In this document: positions 36,213 through 45,465 of the stretch, in pieces | Numbering within the stretch: the first letter of the stretch is position 1 | Layout of the letters: each line of letters opens with the position of its first letter | NCBI GenBank assembly: GCA_040904565.1 | Contig: JBBDTI010000054.1 | Location: 32,001-96,000, forward strand | Length of the DNA stretch: 64,000 nt | Source: Rhodothermales bacterium | GTDB lineage: Bacteria; Bacteroidota; Rhodothermia; Rhodothermales; VXPQ01 | Direction: 5' to 3' | The notes under the pieces: model-generated | What the model was told of the DNA's origin: nothing | What the model saw: only the letters and a program-made list of their open reading frames with translations | Database searches by the model: none | Made by a program: the position numbers and the translations under genes

Positions 36213-37547
36213 TCACCATCCTAAAACCCCCCACGGAAGCGGCACGCGCAGCAGTACGGCGAAGAGGTGGTACGTAACGACGGCCGACGCGACGGACGCC
36301 GCGAGGGCCACGGGAAGACGGACCCGCAGCAGGAGGAAGAAGCCGAGCAGGATACACGCAGCCGTGACGACGTACCCCAGCGATTCCACGACGAGCACGT
36401 ACAGGAGGACGGCACCTATCGCTCCGGCGGCGAAGAGGATCCCACGCCGGGTTACGTCATCCCGTTCTCGATCCTCCGACGTGTCGCGCCGGACGTGGGC
36501 CAGCACGGAGAGCACGAGCGAGACGCTCATCAGCACGCCGATCGCGGCGGGGAACAGCCAGGGCCCGTAGGTCTGCCGTCGCACGGACTCGAAGGCGGCG
36601 CTCTGAAAAATCTCCCCGAAGGCCCGGTTTTCTTCTTCCAGCGCCTCCGCGAACGCTTCGGGTCCGTCGGCCGCCGCACCGAAGCCCGCCCGCTCGGAGA
36701 ACGCGAGATATTCGTCGCTCGTCACGACGTTGCGGACGGCCGATTCGAGTACCTCGACGCGGTCTTCCGGCACGCCGAGAGGAAGGGCGAGCCCGCGCCA
36801 CGTAAAGCTCGTCCAGTCGACGCCCGTCTCCTCCAGCGTCGGCACGTCCGGTACGGATGGCAGCCGCTCTTCGGCCATGACGGTAAGGCAGCGAATTTCT
36901 CCGGCGTCGACGAGACTTTGCGCCTCCGGCACGCTGCAGCTGACGACGTCGACGCCGCCCGCCATCATTTCCTGCAGCGATGGGGCGGATCCGTTCAGGG
37001 AGAGCCAGACGATGTCGCCAGCGCTCAGGTCGTTGCGAATCAGCCAGCCGGCGAGTGCCACGTGCCAGATCCCGCCGAAGGCCGTTCCGGATGCGCGCAA
37101 CTCGCCCGGCCGATCGCGCACCTCCGCCTCCAGCTCGTCGATGGTTTCCCACGGCGAATCGGCCCGAACGAACAGGGCGGCATAGTCGCGATTGACCCGC
37201 ATCAACGGCCGGAAGTCGCGGTGGGTAATGTTCGTGAGGCCGCGCCAGTGGAGCATGTTCAGCTCGGCCGTGATCATCGTCATCGTATATCCGTTCGGCT
37301 CGGCGAGCGCGCCGCGGGTATGGCCTGTAACGCCGGCGCCACCGCTGGCGTTGACCACGTTGACGGGCACGCCGAGCTCCTGCTCGAGCTGGGCGGCGAT
37401 CTGCCGGGCGACCCGGTCGGTACCGCCGCCGACCGACCACGGCACGATCATCGTGATAGGTCGGTTCGGAAAGGCGTCATCCGTCTGACATCCACCCGAG
37501 AAAAACCCCAGGAGGAGGACGAGCAGCAATGTGGAGAGCGAGCGCAT
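36213..37547 (-). CDS. TctC substrate-binding lipoprotein fused to a TctB-like membrane domain
   Basis: Lipobox SGGC, FPNRPITMIVPWSVGGGTD, PDVPTL.E, then in the same frame GPWLFP, 4-5 TM segments and F..LLRVPLP.G. Confidence 0.88.
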   Translation of the reverse strand: MRSLSTLLLVLLLGFFSGGCQTDDAFPNRPITMIVPWSVGGGTDRVARQIAAQLEQELGVPVNVVNASGGAGVTGHTRGALAEPNGYTMTMITAELNMLHWRGLTNITHRDFRPLMRVNRDYAALFVRADSPWETIDELEAEVRDRPGELRASGTAFGGIWHVALAGWLIRNDLSAGDIVWLSLNGSAPSLQEMMAGGVDVVSCSVPEAQSLVDAGEIRCLTVMAEERLPSVPDVPTLEETGVDWTSFTWRGLALPLGVPEDRVEVLESAVRNVVTSDEYLAFSERAGFGAAADGPEAFAEALEEENRAFGEIFQSAAFESVRRQTYGPWLFPAAIGVLMSVSLVLSVLAHVRRDTSEDRERDDVTRRGILFAAGAIGAVLLYVLVVESLGYVVTAACILLGFFLLLRVRLPVALAASVASAVVTYHLFAVLLRVPLPWGVLGW

Positions 37548-37560
37548 GCGTGCGGGCAAT

Positions 37561-38838
37561 CTACCAGTTCTGGATGGAACCGTCGGGGCGCCGAAACTGG
37601 GGGATCGGATCGTCGTGGTCGGTGATTTCCGCAACGAGCTCGGCCTCTGCCGGGTCGAACGTGACGCCGAGTCCGGGCCGGTCGTTCGGGCGGATCTTGC
37701 CGTCGATAAACTCGAACGTTTCCGGCAGATGAGCCTCCGGGGAGGGACCGCTTCCCCGCATCTCGATGACGACGGGGTTGGGGGAGGAGCCGCAAGCGTG
37801 CACGAGCGCGGCCGTGGAGATTGTCCCGGTGAAATGCGGCACCAGGCCCACGTAATGGGTTTCACACAGTGCGGCGAGCTTCTTGAATTCCGTGATGCCG
37901 CCGGCATTTGGGAGCGTCACGCGTGAATAGTCGATCAGCCGGTCTTCGACGAGCTCGTTGACGGTCCACCGATCGCCGTAGTGCTCGCCGACGGCGATCG
38001 GAACGTTGACCTTCTGGCGGACGGTCTGGTATACCTCCTTGTTCTCCGAGCGAACCAGGTCTTCGACGAAAAACGGTTCGTAGGCTTCGATGAGGGCGCT
38101 CAGCCGTACGGCCTGGGTGAGATCGAGTCGCGTGTGGAAGTCGATGCACCAGTGGCCCGCCGATCCGACCCCGCGGTGGACGGCTTCGCAGCGGGCGCGG
38201 TTGTGTTCGAAGATGTCGTTCGGATCGAACGTGTCGTCGCCGCGCGGATTGTCGGCCGAAATCCGATAGGCGTAAAAGCCGGCCTCTACGCAGGCACGGG
38301 CGGTAGACTCGAGGTCGCCCTGCCACGGGTAGCCGGTGGAGTAGCACTCGATATGGTCTCGCGTCAGCCCGCCCAGCATCTCGTATACGGGAACGTCGAG
38401 CGCGCGGCCCTTGATATCCCACAGCGCCATGTCGAGCGCACCGAGGCCGTGCAGCTTCTCGAGGCCTGGGGGATAAAACCAGCCGCGGTACATGAGCTGC
38501 CACAGATGTTCGATCTGGAATGGATCTTGGCCGACGATCTGGGCAGCCATCTGCTCGATCATGTCGGGCGTGCCGCCTTCGCCCACCCCCGTGATGCCGC
38601 CGTCCGTTTCGACGGTGACGACCCGGTTGCTCTGATTGAAGGTGCGATTGAGGTTGGATGGCTCGTAGACGCGAATCCGCGTGATGCGCAGGTCGGAGCG
38701 TCCGGGGATGGCACCGAGGCTTGCGGTGTGAGCGCCCGGCTTCGCATCAGCAGTTGCAGCGGCACGTTCCGGCAGGCCCGAAACAAGTCCGACACACGCC
38801 CCCAGCGCGGCCGTACCCAGGAAAGCTCGTCGATTCAT
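37561..38838 (-). CDS. Enolase superfamily acid-sugar dehydratase (mandelate racemase/mannonate dehydratase-like) with Tat signal
   Basis: MNRRAFL, DMALWDIKG, metal ligands DFH/ED/GE, GGITE, VPH, PGLG. Confidence 0.88.
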   Translation of the reverse strand: MNRRAFLGTAALGACVGLVSGLPERAAATADAKPGAHTASLGAIPGRSDLRITRIRVYEPSNLNRTFNQSNRVVTVETDGGITGVGEGGTPDMIEQMAAQIVGQDPFQIEHLWQLMYRGWFYPPGLEKLHGLGALDMALWDIKGRALDVPVYEMLGGLTRDHIECYSTGYPWQGDLESTARACVEAGFYAYRISADNPRGDDTFDPNDIFEHNRARCEAVHRGVGSAGHWCIDFHTRLDLTQAVRLSALIEAYEPFFVEDLVRSENKEVYQTVRQKVNVPIAVGEHYGDRWTVNELVEDRLIDYSRVTLPNAGGITEFKKLAALCETHYVGLVPHFTGTISTAALVHACGSSPNPVVIEMRGSGPSPEAHLPETFEFIDGKIRPNDRPGLGVTFDPAEAELVAEITDHDDPIPQFRRPDGSIQNW

Positions 38839-39267
38839 GTCCGCGTCCCCTATGTTGGCATCACGTTCGAGATGGATTCAGAAGATATTGAGGTCCGGTC
38901 CCCCTATCAACTCACGTGGCAATTGCCGTGTGGATGCAGGCGGCCCCGGCGGAACCCGCCACCAGGTGGCGACGGGAACGATCCACGTCTAGAGGGAATT
39001 GAGCCCGCGTCGAGCCGGGAACGAGCTCGCGTCGGACCGAAAATCAACGTTCGACGAAGACGAAATCGGCCGGTGTCAAGAATGGACTGCGAAGTCTCCA
39101 TGAACGTGTTATATTGGCACGCGTGGTAGCGTCCGCCTCACCCGACTTTGGGACGCCGCCGATGCCCCGGATCTCCCAGCGAGGGTGCTATAACGAGCGC
39201 TTTCTCGTGAGCCGGTGCGTTCCGGCATCAGGCCACCTCCGTGCGAACGCCGGTGGTCGATCCGGGC

Positions 39268-39323
39268 TGAAACCGTTTTTGCAAACGTCATTCTGGTACG
39301 TCATTTTCGGACAACCGTTACAT
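39268..39323. promoter_or_regulatory. Candidate operator cluster (LacI-like half-sites and an 8-bp direct repeat)
   Basis: tgaaaccgttttt, gcaaacg and acaaccgttaca; ACGTCATT at 39285 and 39298; AAGGAGG follows at 39324. Confidence 0.35.
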
Positions 39324-39343
39324 AAGGAGGGTTGAGAGTATCT

Positions 39344-40453
39344 ATGTCGAACAAGACCCGCGTCGCCATCGTCGGACTCGGCTTCGGGGCCGAGTTTATT
39401 CCTATCTATCAGCGCCATCCCGACGCCGAGCTCTGGGCGATTTGCCAGCGATCTGAGGAAAGCCTGAACGAAATCGGAGATCAGTTCGGCGTCGATCGTC
39501 GATTTACGAGCTTCGAAGACCTGCTCAAGGAGCCGGACCTGGACGCCGTGCACATCAACACCCCGATCGCCGCGCACGCTCCGATGTCTTTGGCCGGACT
39601 GAACGCAGGGAAGCACGTTGCGTGCACCGTGCCGATGGCTACGACGGTCGAGGAGTGCCTCGAGATCGTGGAGTCGCGGAAGAAGAGTGGCAGGGTCTAC
39701 ATGATGATGGAGACGGCCATCTATGCGCGCGAATTTCTTTATGCAAAGGAGCTGTACGATTCCGGGAAGCTGGGGACGATCCAGTTTCTCCGGGGGTCGC
39801 ATCAACAGAACATGGGGTTGCCTGGGTGGCCGAGCTACTGGTACGGCTTTCCGCCGATGCATTATGCGACCCATGCCGTGAGCCCGCTGCTGCTCATGGC
39901 CGATGCCCGGGCGGATTCGGTCGTGTGCTTCGGCTCGGGGCGCATCAAGGAGGAATACATCCAGCATTACAACTCGCCCTTTGCCGTCGAGTCCGCGCTC
40001 ATCGACCTGGCCGACTCCAACCTGGCCTGCGAGGTGACCCGCTCGCTCTTCGACACGATTCGCCAGTACCGCGAGAGCTTCGACGTATACGGGACGAAAC
40101 GCTCTTTCGAATGGGAGCAGGTCGTCGACGAGGGGCCCGTCATCTATTCCGGGTACGAGGATGCCGAACGCGTCGAGGTGCCGGACTACGCGCATCTGCT
40201 GCCGGAGGAGATCGCCCCGTTTACAACGGGCGGCGTGTATGACGAGGAGCACGAACATACGTCGTTCATCCAGGGCGGCGGCCACGGAGGCTCCCACCCA
40301 CACATGGTGCATGAGTTCGTCCGCGCCATCCAGGAAGAGCGTGAAGCGATATCCGATGCCGCGGCGGCAGCTAACTGGACGATGGCCGGGATCTGTGCCC
40401 ACACCTCGGCTATGAATGGAGGAGAGCGCGTCCAGGTACCCCAAACATCCTAG
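39344..40453 (+). CDS. Gfo/Idh/MocA family oxidoreductase
   Basis: VGLGFGAEF Rossmann motif, KHVACTVP (variant of EKP), PPMHYATH; AAGGAGG upstream. Confidence 0.9.
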   Translation: MSNKTRVAIVGLGFGAEFIPIYQRHPDAELWAICQRSEESLNEIGDQFGVDRRFTSFEDLLKEPDLDAVHINTPIAAHAPMSLAGLNAGKHVACTVPMATTVEECLEIVESRKKSGRVYMMMETAIYAREFLYAKELYDSGKLGTIQFLRGSHQQNMGLPGWPSYWYGFPPMHYATHAVSPLLLMADARADSVVCFGSGRIKEEYIQHYNSPFAVESALIDLADSNLACEVTRSLFDTIRQYRESFDVYGTKRSFEWEQVVDEGPVIYSGYEDAERVEVPDYAHLLPEEIAPFTTGGVYDEEHEHTSFIQGGGHGGSHPHMVHEFVRAIQEEREAISDAAAAANWTMAGICAHTSAMNGGERVQVPQTS

Positions 40454-40500
40454 GGTCGGTTGAGAGCGCACGCCGCGCAAGGTGGCCTGTCGGCCGAAAT

Positions 40501-40558
40501 ACCGTCAACCGTCAACCGTCAACCGTCAACCGTCTAACCGTCAACCGTCTAACCGTCA
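40501..40558. repeat. Heptamer tandem repeat: eight ACCGTC(T)A units
   Basis: accgtca x4, accgtcta, accgtca, accgtcta, accgtca, ending 12 bp before the next ATG. Confidence 0.95.
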
Positions 40559-40570
40559 TTCTTTGGAATC

Positions 40571-41965
40571 ATGATCAATCGTAAACGACTATTCGTCGGC
40601 AGCTGGATCGCGCTCGTCGTGACCTCTTTCGGGTTTATCATCCGCGCCCTGGTGCTGGCCGAATGGGGCCGTGAGTTCACGCTGAGTCAGGAGGACCTCG
40701 GCTGGATCGCCGGTGCCGGACTCTTTCCGTTCGCCATCACGATCGTTCTTTTCAGCCTGGTGATCGATAAGATCGGCTACCACACGTCGATCCGGATCGC
40801 CTTCGTGGGGCACGTCGTTTCGGCGATCGTCACGATCTGTGCCGGACTCATTGGAGATCCGTTCTGGGTGCTTTTCATCGGTACGGTGATTCTGGCGCTG
40901 TCTAACGGTATCGTGGAGGCCGTCATCAATCCGGTTACCTCGACGCTGTATCCGAAGTCGAAGACCCACCACCTCAATATCCTGCACGCGGGATGGCCCG
41001 GCGGACTCGTGCTGGCCGGCATCATCGTGATCTCGCTCGGTGATGCGGACTGGCGCTGGAAGGTGGGCCTCGTGCTCCTGCCGACGTTCGTCTACGGCGC
41101 GATGCTGCTCAATCAGAAATTCCCGCTCAACGAGCGTGTCGCGGCCGGCGTACCGTATCGCGACATGATTCGAGAGATCAAGCGGCCGTTGTTCCTCCTC
41201 CTGCTGGCCATCATGGTCCCGCTTGCGGTGACCGAACTGGGTACGGACAGCTGGATCACGGCCCTGATGGAAAACGTGCTGACTTCAGGCATACATCCTG
41301 GATGGGTGCTCGTCTATACGTCGGCGATCATGCTGGTGCTTCGCTTTTTCGCCGGACCGATCGTGCACCGGATCAACCCGCTCGGACTCCTTGCCTGCAG
41401 CGCATTCATCGCGTGCCTCGGCCTCATCTGGCTCTCCAACGCGGGAGCAGCACTCGGCGCCGTTTTCGCCGCGGCGACGTTCTACGCGCTCGGAAAGACG
41501 TTTTTCTGGCCGACGACGCTCGGGGTGGTGGCGGAGCAGTTCCCGAAGGGCGGCGCCCTGCTCCTCAACACCATGGGCGGCATGGGCATGCTCGCGGCCG
41601 GACTCCTCGGCGCGCCTATCCTGGGTTCCATTCAGGACAAGGTGATCGACCAGGAGCTGCAGCAGCGGGCGCCTGAGGTGCACCAGCAGGTCACCGACGC
41701 CGAACGTCTGGGACTCCTCGGTGCGTACAATCCGCTGGACAACCAGGCCGTGCAGGAGCTGCCGATGGAGCAGGCAGAGGTCGTACGAGAGGTGCGGTCG
41801 GACTCGAGTCAGATCGCGCTCCGCTACGTCGCGTTCCTGCCGGCGTTAATGCTGCTGTGCTACATCGGACTGATCCTTTACTTCCGATCTCAGGGTGGAT
41901 ACAAGCCAGTCGAACTCGAAGGCGAACAGGCCACGGGGGGCGTGGAAGGCCCGGTAGAGGCCTGA
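40571..41965 (+). CDS. MFS sugar transporter
   Basis: About 12 TM segments, NGIVEAVINP, LHAGWPGG, TELGT, FWPT.LG. Confidence 0.88.
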   Translation: MINRKRLFVGSWIALVVTSFGFIIRALVLAEWGREFTLSQEDLGWIAGAGLFPFAITIVLFSLVIDKIGYHTSIRIAFVGHVVSAIVTICAGLIGDPFWVLFIGTVILALSNGIVEAVINPVTSTLYPKSKTHHLNILHAGWPGGLVLAGIIVISLGDADWRWKVGLVLLPTFVYGAMLLNQKFPLNERVAAGVPYRDMIREIKRPLFLLLLAIMVPLAVTELGTDSWITALMENVLTSGIHPGWVLVYTSAIMLVLRFFAGPIVHRINPLGLLACSAFIACLGLIWLSNAGAALGAVFAAATFYALGKTFFWPTTLGVVAEQFPKGGALLLNTMGGMGMLAAGLLGAPILGSIQDKVIDQELQQRAPEVHQQVTDAERLGLLGAYNPLDNQAVQELPMEQAEVVREVRSDSSQIALRYVAFLPALMLLCYIGLILYFRSQGGYKPVELEGEQATGGVEGPVEA

Positions 41966-42043
41966 CTGTTCGTCCGCGCGTTCGTGCCTGTCAGCACACT
42001 GCGTTCACAGCAGGTGCGAGGCCGTTATCACCATGGTTCGAAG

Positions 42044-42073
42044 AAGGGGGGAGGCCGAAGGGCTTCCCCCCTT
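42044..42073. terminator. Stem-loop downstream of the MFS gene, probable terminator
   Basis: aaggggggaggcc-gaag-ggcttcccccctt: 13-bp stem with one G-U pair; only a short U tract. Confidence 0.55.
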
Positions 42074-42160
42074 TCGGATCCGCGCGGCCGTTCCGCACGT
42101 GTGAGAAGCAGTAAGAGACTGTGCGAAGCCAGACACGCTGCCAGTAGGATAGTCCACCAC

Positions 42161-43360
42161 ATGCCCGTCTCCACATCCGATTCTTCGTATGCGCCGTTGC
42201 AAGCGGCCGCACGTATACGCTCCGTGCGTACGCCGATCATCCCGGTGGTCGCGGAGCTGATACGAGACCATCCGGGGACGATCTCGCTGGGTCAGGGTGT
42301 CGTTCACTACCCGCCCCCACCGGAAGCCGTGAGCCGTCTCATAGAGGCGGCCGGACGCGCCGAGGCACACGGTTACGATCACGTGGCCGGACGGACGGAG
42401 CTGCTCGATCGGCTGTCCGACAAGCTGGCGACGGAGAACGGGATAGATGTCGCGGACGGAGTCTCCGTGGTGGTCACGGCAGGCGCGAACATGGCGTTCA
42501 TGAATGCCGTGCTGGCCGTGGCGGACCCGGGCGATGAGGTCATCCTCCAGACGCCGTTCTATTTCAACCATGAGATGGCCGTCCGCATCGCCGGCTGTCG
42601 CCCCGTCCCCGTGCCGACCGATGCCTCGTATCAGCTCCAGATCGACGCCATCGAACGGGTCGTCTCCGACCGCACGCGTGCTATCGTTACGATATCACCG
42701 AATAACCCGACCGGCGCCGTCTACGACCGCGCCTCGCTGACGGCCGTCAACAGGCTGTGCATCGACCGCGGCATCTACCATATCAGCGACGAAGCGTACG
42801 AGTACTTCACCTACGACGGCGTGGGGCATTTTTCGCCCGGATCCATTGCGGGCGCGGCACGTCACACGATCTCTCTCTTCTCCTTCAGCAAGGCCTATGG
42901 CATGCCGGGCCTGCGGATGGGGTACATGGCCTTCCCGGAGCACCTGCTCGGTCCGATCAAGAAAATCCAGGACACGCTGCTTATCTGTCCGCCGCTGCCC
43001 AGCCAGTTCGCGGCGCTCGGCGCGCTGGAGGCCGGGAGATCGTACTGCCGCTCCTTTATCGAAGGGCTCGGTGCAGTGCGCGAGCTCGTGCGGCGTCGTA
43101 TCCGTGACCTCGGAGATCGTGTTCGGATGCCGGGCGTGGAGGGCGCCTTTTACGGATTCGTTCGCGTCGATACAGACCTCGACGATATGACGCTCGTGAG
43201 GCGGCTTATCGAGGATCACGGCGTGGCCGTTATTCCCGGCAATACGTTCGGTATGGACGAGGGGTGCTACGTTCGGATCGCCTTCGGCGCCCTGAACGAA
43301 GAAACGGTGGCGGCCGCGATGGACCGGTTCGTGAGCGGACTCAACGAAATACTGGGCTGA
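42161..43360 (+). CDS. PLP-dependent class I/II aminotransferase
   Basis: SLGQG, SPNNPTG, SDEAY, SFSK...PGLRMG, GAFY. Confidence 0.92.
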   Translation: MPVSTSDSSYAPLQAAARIRSVRTPIIPVVAELIRDHPGTISLGQGVVHYPPPPEAVSRLIEAAGRAEAHGYDHVAGRTELLDRLSDKLATENGIDVADGVSVVVTAGANMAFMNAVLAVADPGDEVILQTPFYFNHEMAVRIAGCRPVPVPTDASYQLQIDAIERVVSDRTRAIVTISPNNPTGAVYDRASLTAVNRLCIDRGIYHISDEAYEYFTYDGVGHFSPGSIAGAARHTISLFSFSKAYGMPGLRMGYMAFPEHLLGPIKKIQDTLLICPPLPSQFAALGALEAGRSYCRSFIEGLGAVRELVRRRIRDLGDRVRMPGVEGAFYGFVRVDTDLDDMTLVRRLIEDHGVAVIPGNTFGMDEGCYVRIAFGALNEETVAAAMDRFVSGLNEILG

Positions 43361-43363
43361 TTC

Positions 43364-44152
43364 ATGCAGGTCGTTCTCGTACAACTCGACGTGGCGTGGG
43401 AGCGCCCGGAAGCCAATTTCCGGGCCGTCGAACGGCTGCTCGGCCGGGTGACGGTCTCCCCCGGTTCTTTGATCGTCCTGCCGGAGATGTTTTCTGTCGG
43501 ATTCACGATGAACGTAGCTGCCGCCGCGGAGGAGGAAGGCGGGCCGACGGAGCGCTTCCTGGAAGATATGGCCGCTCGCCATGAGGCCTACGTGGTGGGC
43601 GGCGTTTGCCGGATGGGAAGCGACGGCAGGGGCCGCAACGATGCGCTCGTCGTGGCGCCGGACGGCCGACGGGTGGACCGGTATACGAAGCTGCACCCGT
43701 TCTCGTACGCGGGTGAAACGGATCATTATGCGCCCGGTGACGACATCATTGTGTTCGATTGGGATGGACTCAAGACGGCGCCCTTCATCTGCTATGACCT
43801 CCGTTTCCCCGAGGCGTACCGGCACGCCGCCATGCGGGGCGCCGGCCTGCTGGTTACGATCGCCAATTTCCCTTCGGCGCGCGTACGCCATTGGACCGAT
43901 CTTTTGATCGCGCGCGCCATCGAGAATCAGGCCTATTGCGTCGGCGTGAACCGCTGCGGCTCCGACCCGAATGTGGCGTATCCGGGCAGGAGCGTCGCAG
44001 TGGACCCGCTTGGACATATCGTGGCCGAGGCGGCGGCCGAAGAAACCGTCGTCGTCGTCCATATCGATGGGAAAGAGCCGTCGCGGGTGCGAAGCGCGTT
44101 TCCCGCCTTGAGAGACGCCCGGGCGGACCTGCTCGGCGGATCGTCGCGGTAG
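43364..44152 (+). CDS. Carbon-nitrogen hydrolase (omega-amidase-like)
   Basis: E-K-C triad in LPEMF, YTKLHPF and ICYDLRFPE; ARAIENQ; 3 bp after the aminotransferase stop. Confidence 0.9.
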   Translation: MQVVLVQLDVAWERPEANFRAVERLLGRVTVSPGSLIVLPEMFSVGFTMNVAAAAEEEGGPTERFLEDMAARHEAYVVGGVCRMGSDGRGRNDALVVAPDGRRVDRYTKLHPFSYAGETDHYAPGDDIIVFDWDGLKTAPFICYDLRFPEAYRHAAMRGAGLLVTIANFPSARVRHWTDLLIARAIENQAYCVGVNRCGSDPNVAYPGRSVAVDPLGHIVAEAAAEETVVVVHIDGKEPSRVRSAFPALRDARADLLGGSSR

Positions 44153-44189
44153 CAGTGATTGCTATCAGATACACATATCGGGTTAATCT

Positions 44190-45254
44190 ATGTTGAGCCG
44201 CGTTTTCGCTTTCGTACTCATGATGTCGGCGGCCGCACCGGGTGTCGCTCAGGACGTGGATCCAGTTCCCGTTACGCTGCCGGGAAGCGATTTCGTACCC
44301 AGCATCGCGCAGGATCAAGCCGGCGTAATGTGGATCGCGACGCAGGGCGGCCTGCTGCGCTACGACGGGGAGGACGCACGGTTGTACACGCACGACTCAC
44401 TCGACGCCGCCTCCATCTCCCACAACTACATCGAGGAGGTGTACGTCGACCGATCCGGCACATTGTGGGTGGGAACGTACGGCGGGGGACTGAATCGATA
44501 CATCCCCGACACGGACTCGTTCGAACGATTCCGGCACGACCCGGATGATCCCCGGAGCCTCAATCACGATAACGTGGCCGCGATTCTGGAGGATCGAAAC
44601 GGCGTGCTCTGGGTCGGCACGCGAGGTGGACTGAACCGGCTCGACCGGAGCAGGGGCGGTTTCGAACGGTTCGAGCACGATCCGCAAGATCCCACGACCA
44701 TCTCTAACAACTGGGCGCGAGCGCTGCATGAGGATAGCCGGGGGAGATTCTGGGTCGGGACGCATGGTGGACTCAACCTGTTCGACCGCAACGACGGTAC
44801 GTTTACGCGCTTTACACATGATCCGGACGACCCGACGAGCCTCATCGAAGGCCGGGTGTCGGCCATCCACGAGGATGACGACGGGCGTCTGTGGGTCGGC
44901 ACAGGTCGTACGACGGGCGGGCTGAACGTGCTCGATGTGGAAGAGGGGACCGTCAGACGGTATCGCTTCGATGCGTCGGCGTCGGACTGGCCCGCCGATC
45001 CGCGTCCGTCCGGGCCCTGGACCGGCGGAGGCGTGACGGCCATCGAGCAGGATGTCGACGGGACGCTGTGGTTTGCAAACTGGGAAGGATGGGTCACGGG
45101 ATTCGATCCATCGACGAACCGGGCCGTAAATTACAACGTGCGCGAGCTTACAGAGGCCCCGGAGGCCCATCCGTTTACGATCTTCCAGTCGGACGACGGG
45201 ACGCTCTGGTTCGGATCCGTATATGGGCCGCTGCTTCGGTCCGCTTCGCCATGA
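44190..45254 (+). CDS. Stand-alone seven-blade two-component-regulator-type beta-propeller, exported
   Basis: Signal peptide plus seven repeats of the (I)xEDxxGxLWVGTxGGL type; no TM segment or kinase domain. Confidence 0.82.
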   Translation: MLSRVFAFVLMMSAAAPGVAQDVDPVPVTLPGSDFVPSIAQDQAGVMWIATQGGLLRYDGEDARLYTHDSLDAASISHNYIEEVYVDRSGTLWVGTYGGGLNRYIPDTDSFERFRHDPDDPRSLNHDNVAAILEDRNGVLWVGTRGGLNRLDRSRGGFERFEHDPQDPTTISNNWARALHEDSRGRFWVGTHGGLNLFDRNDGTFTRFTHDPDDPTSLIEGRVSAIHEDDDGRLWVGTGRTTGGLNVLDVEEGTVRRYRFDASASDWPADPRPSGPWTGGGVTAIEQDVDGTLWFANWEGWVTGFDPSTNRAVNYNVRELTEAPEAHPFTIFQSDDGTLWFGSVYGPLLRSASP

Positions 45255-45465
45255 ATCGGCAGTTTGGCAGCTTGTCGGCCCTTCGAAAGTCCGGCACGGG
45301 TGAGATTCCATCCATACTTCAACGGCACGACCTGTGAGAGCCCGTTGCCTGTGGGCGGTCTATTCCGTACCCTGAATGCTGACTGAACCGGGTATTTCGT
45401 CTATGCCGACGGGCGTCTTTATAGATTCCCATCACTCACCTCATCGTACTTGAAATCTTACTGCT

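Noticed and set aside
39114-39130. TTGGCACG as a sigma-54 promoter (also near 33004)
   Set aside because: The required GG-N10-GC spacing is not met at either site.
40501-40558. Possible CRISPR array
   Set aside because: Units are 7-8 bp with no spacers, and there are no cas genes.
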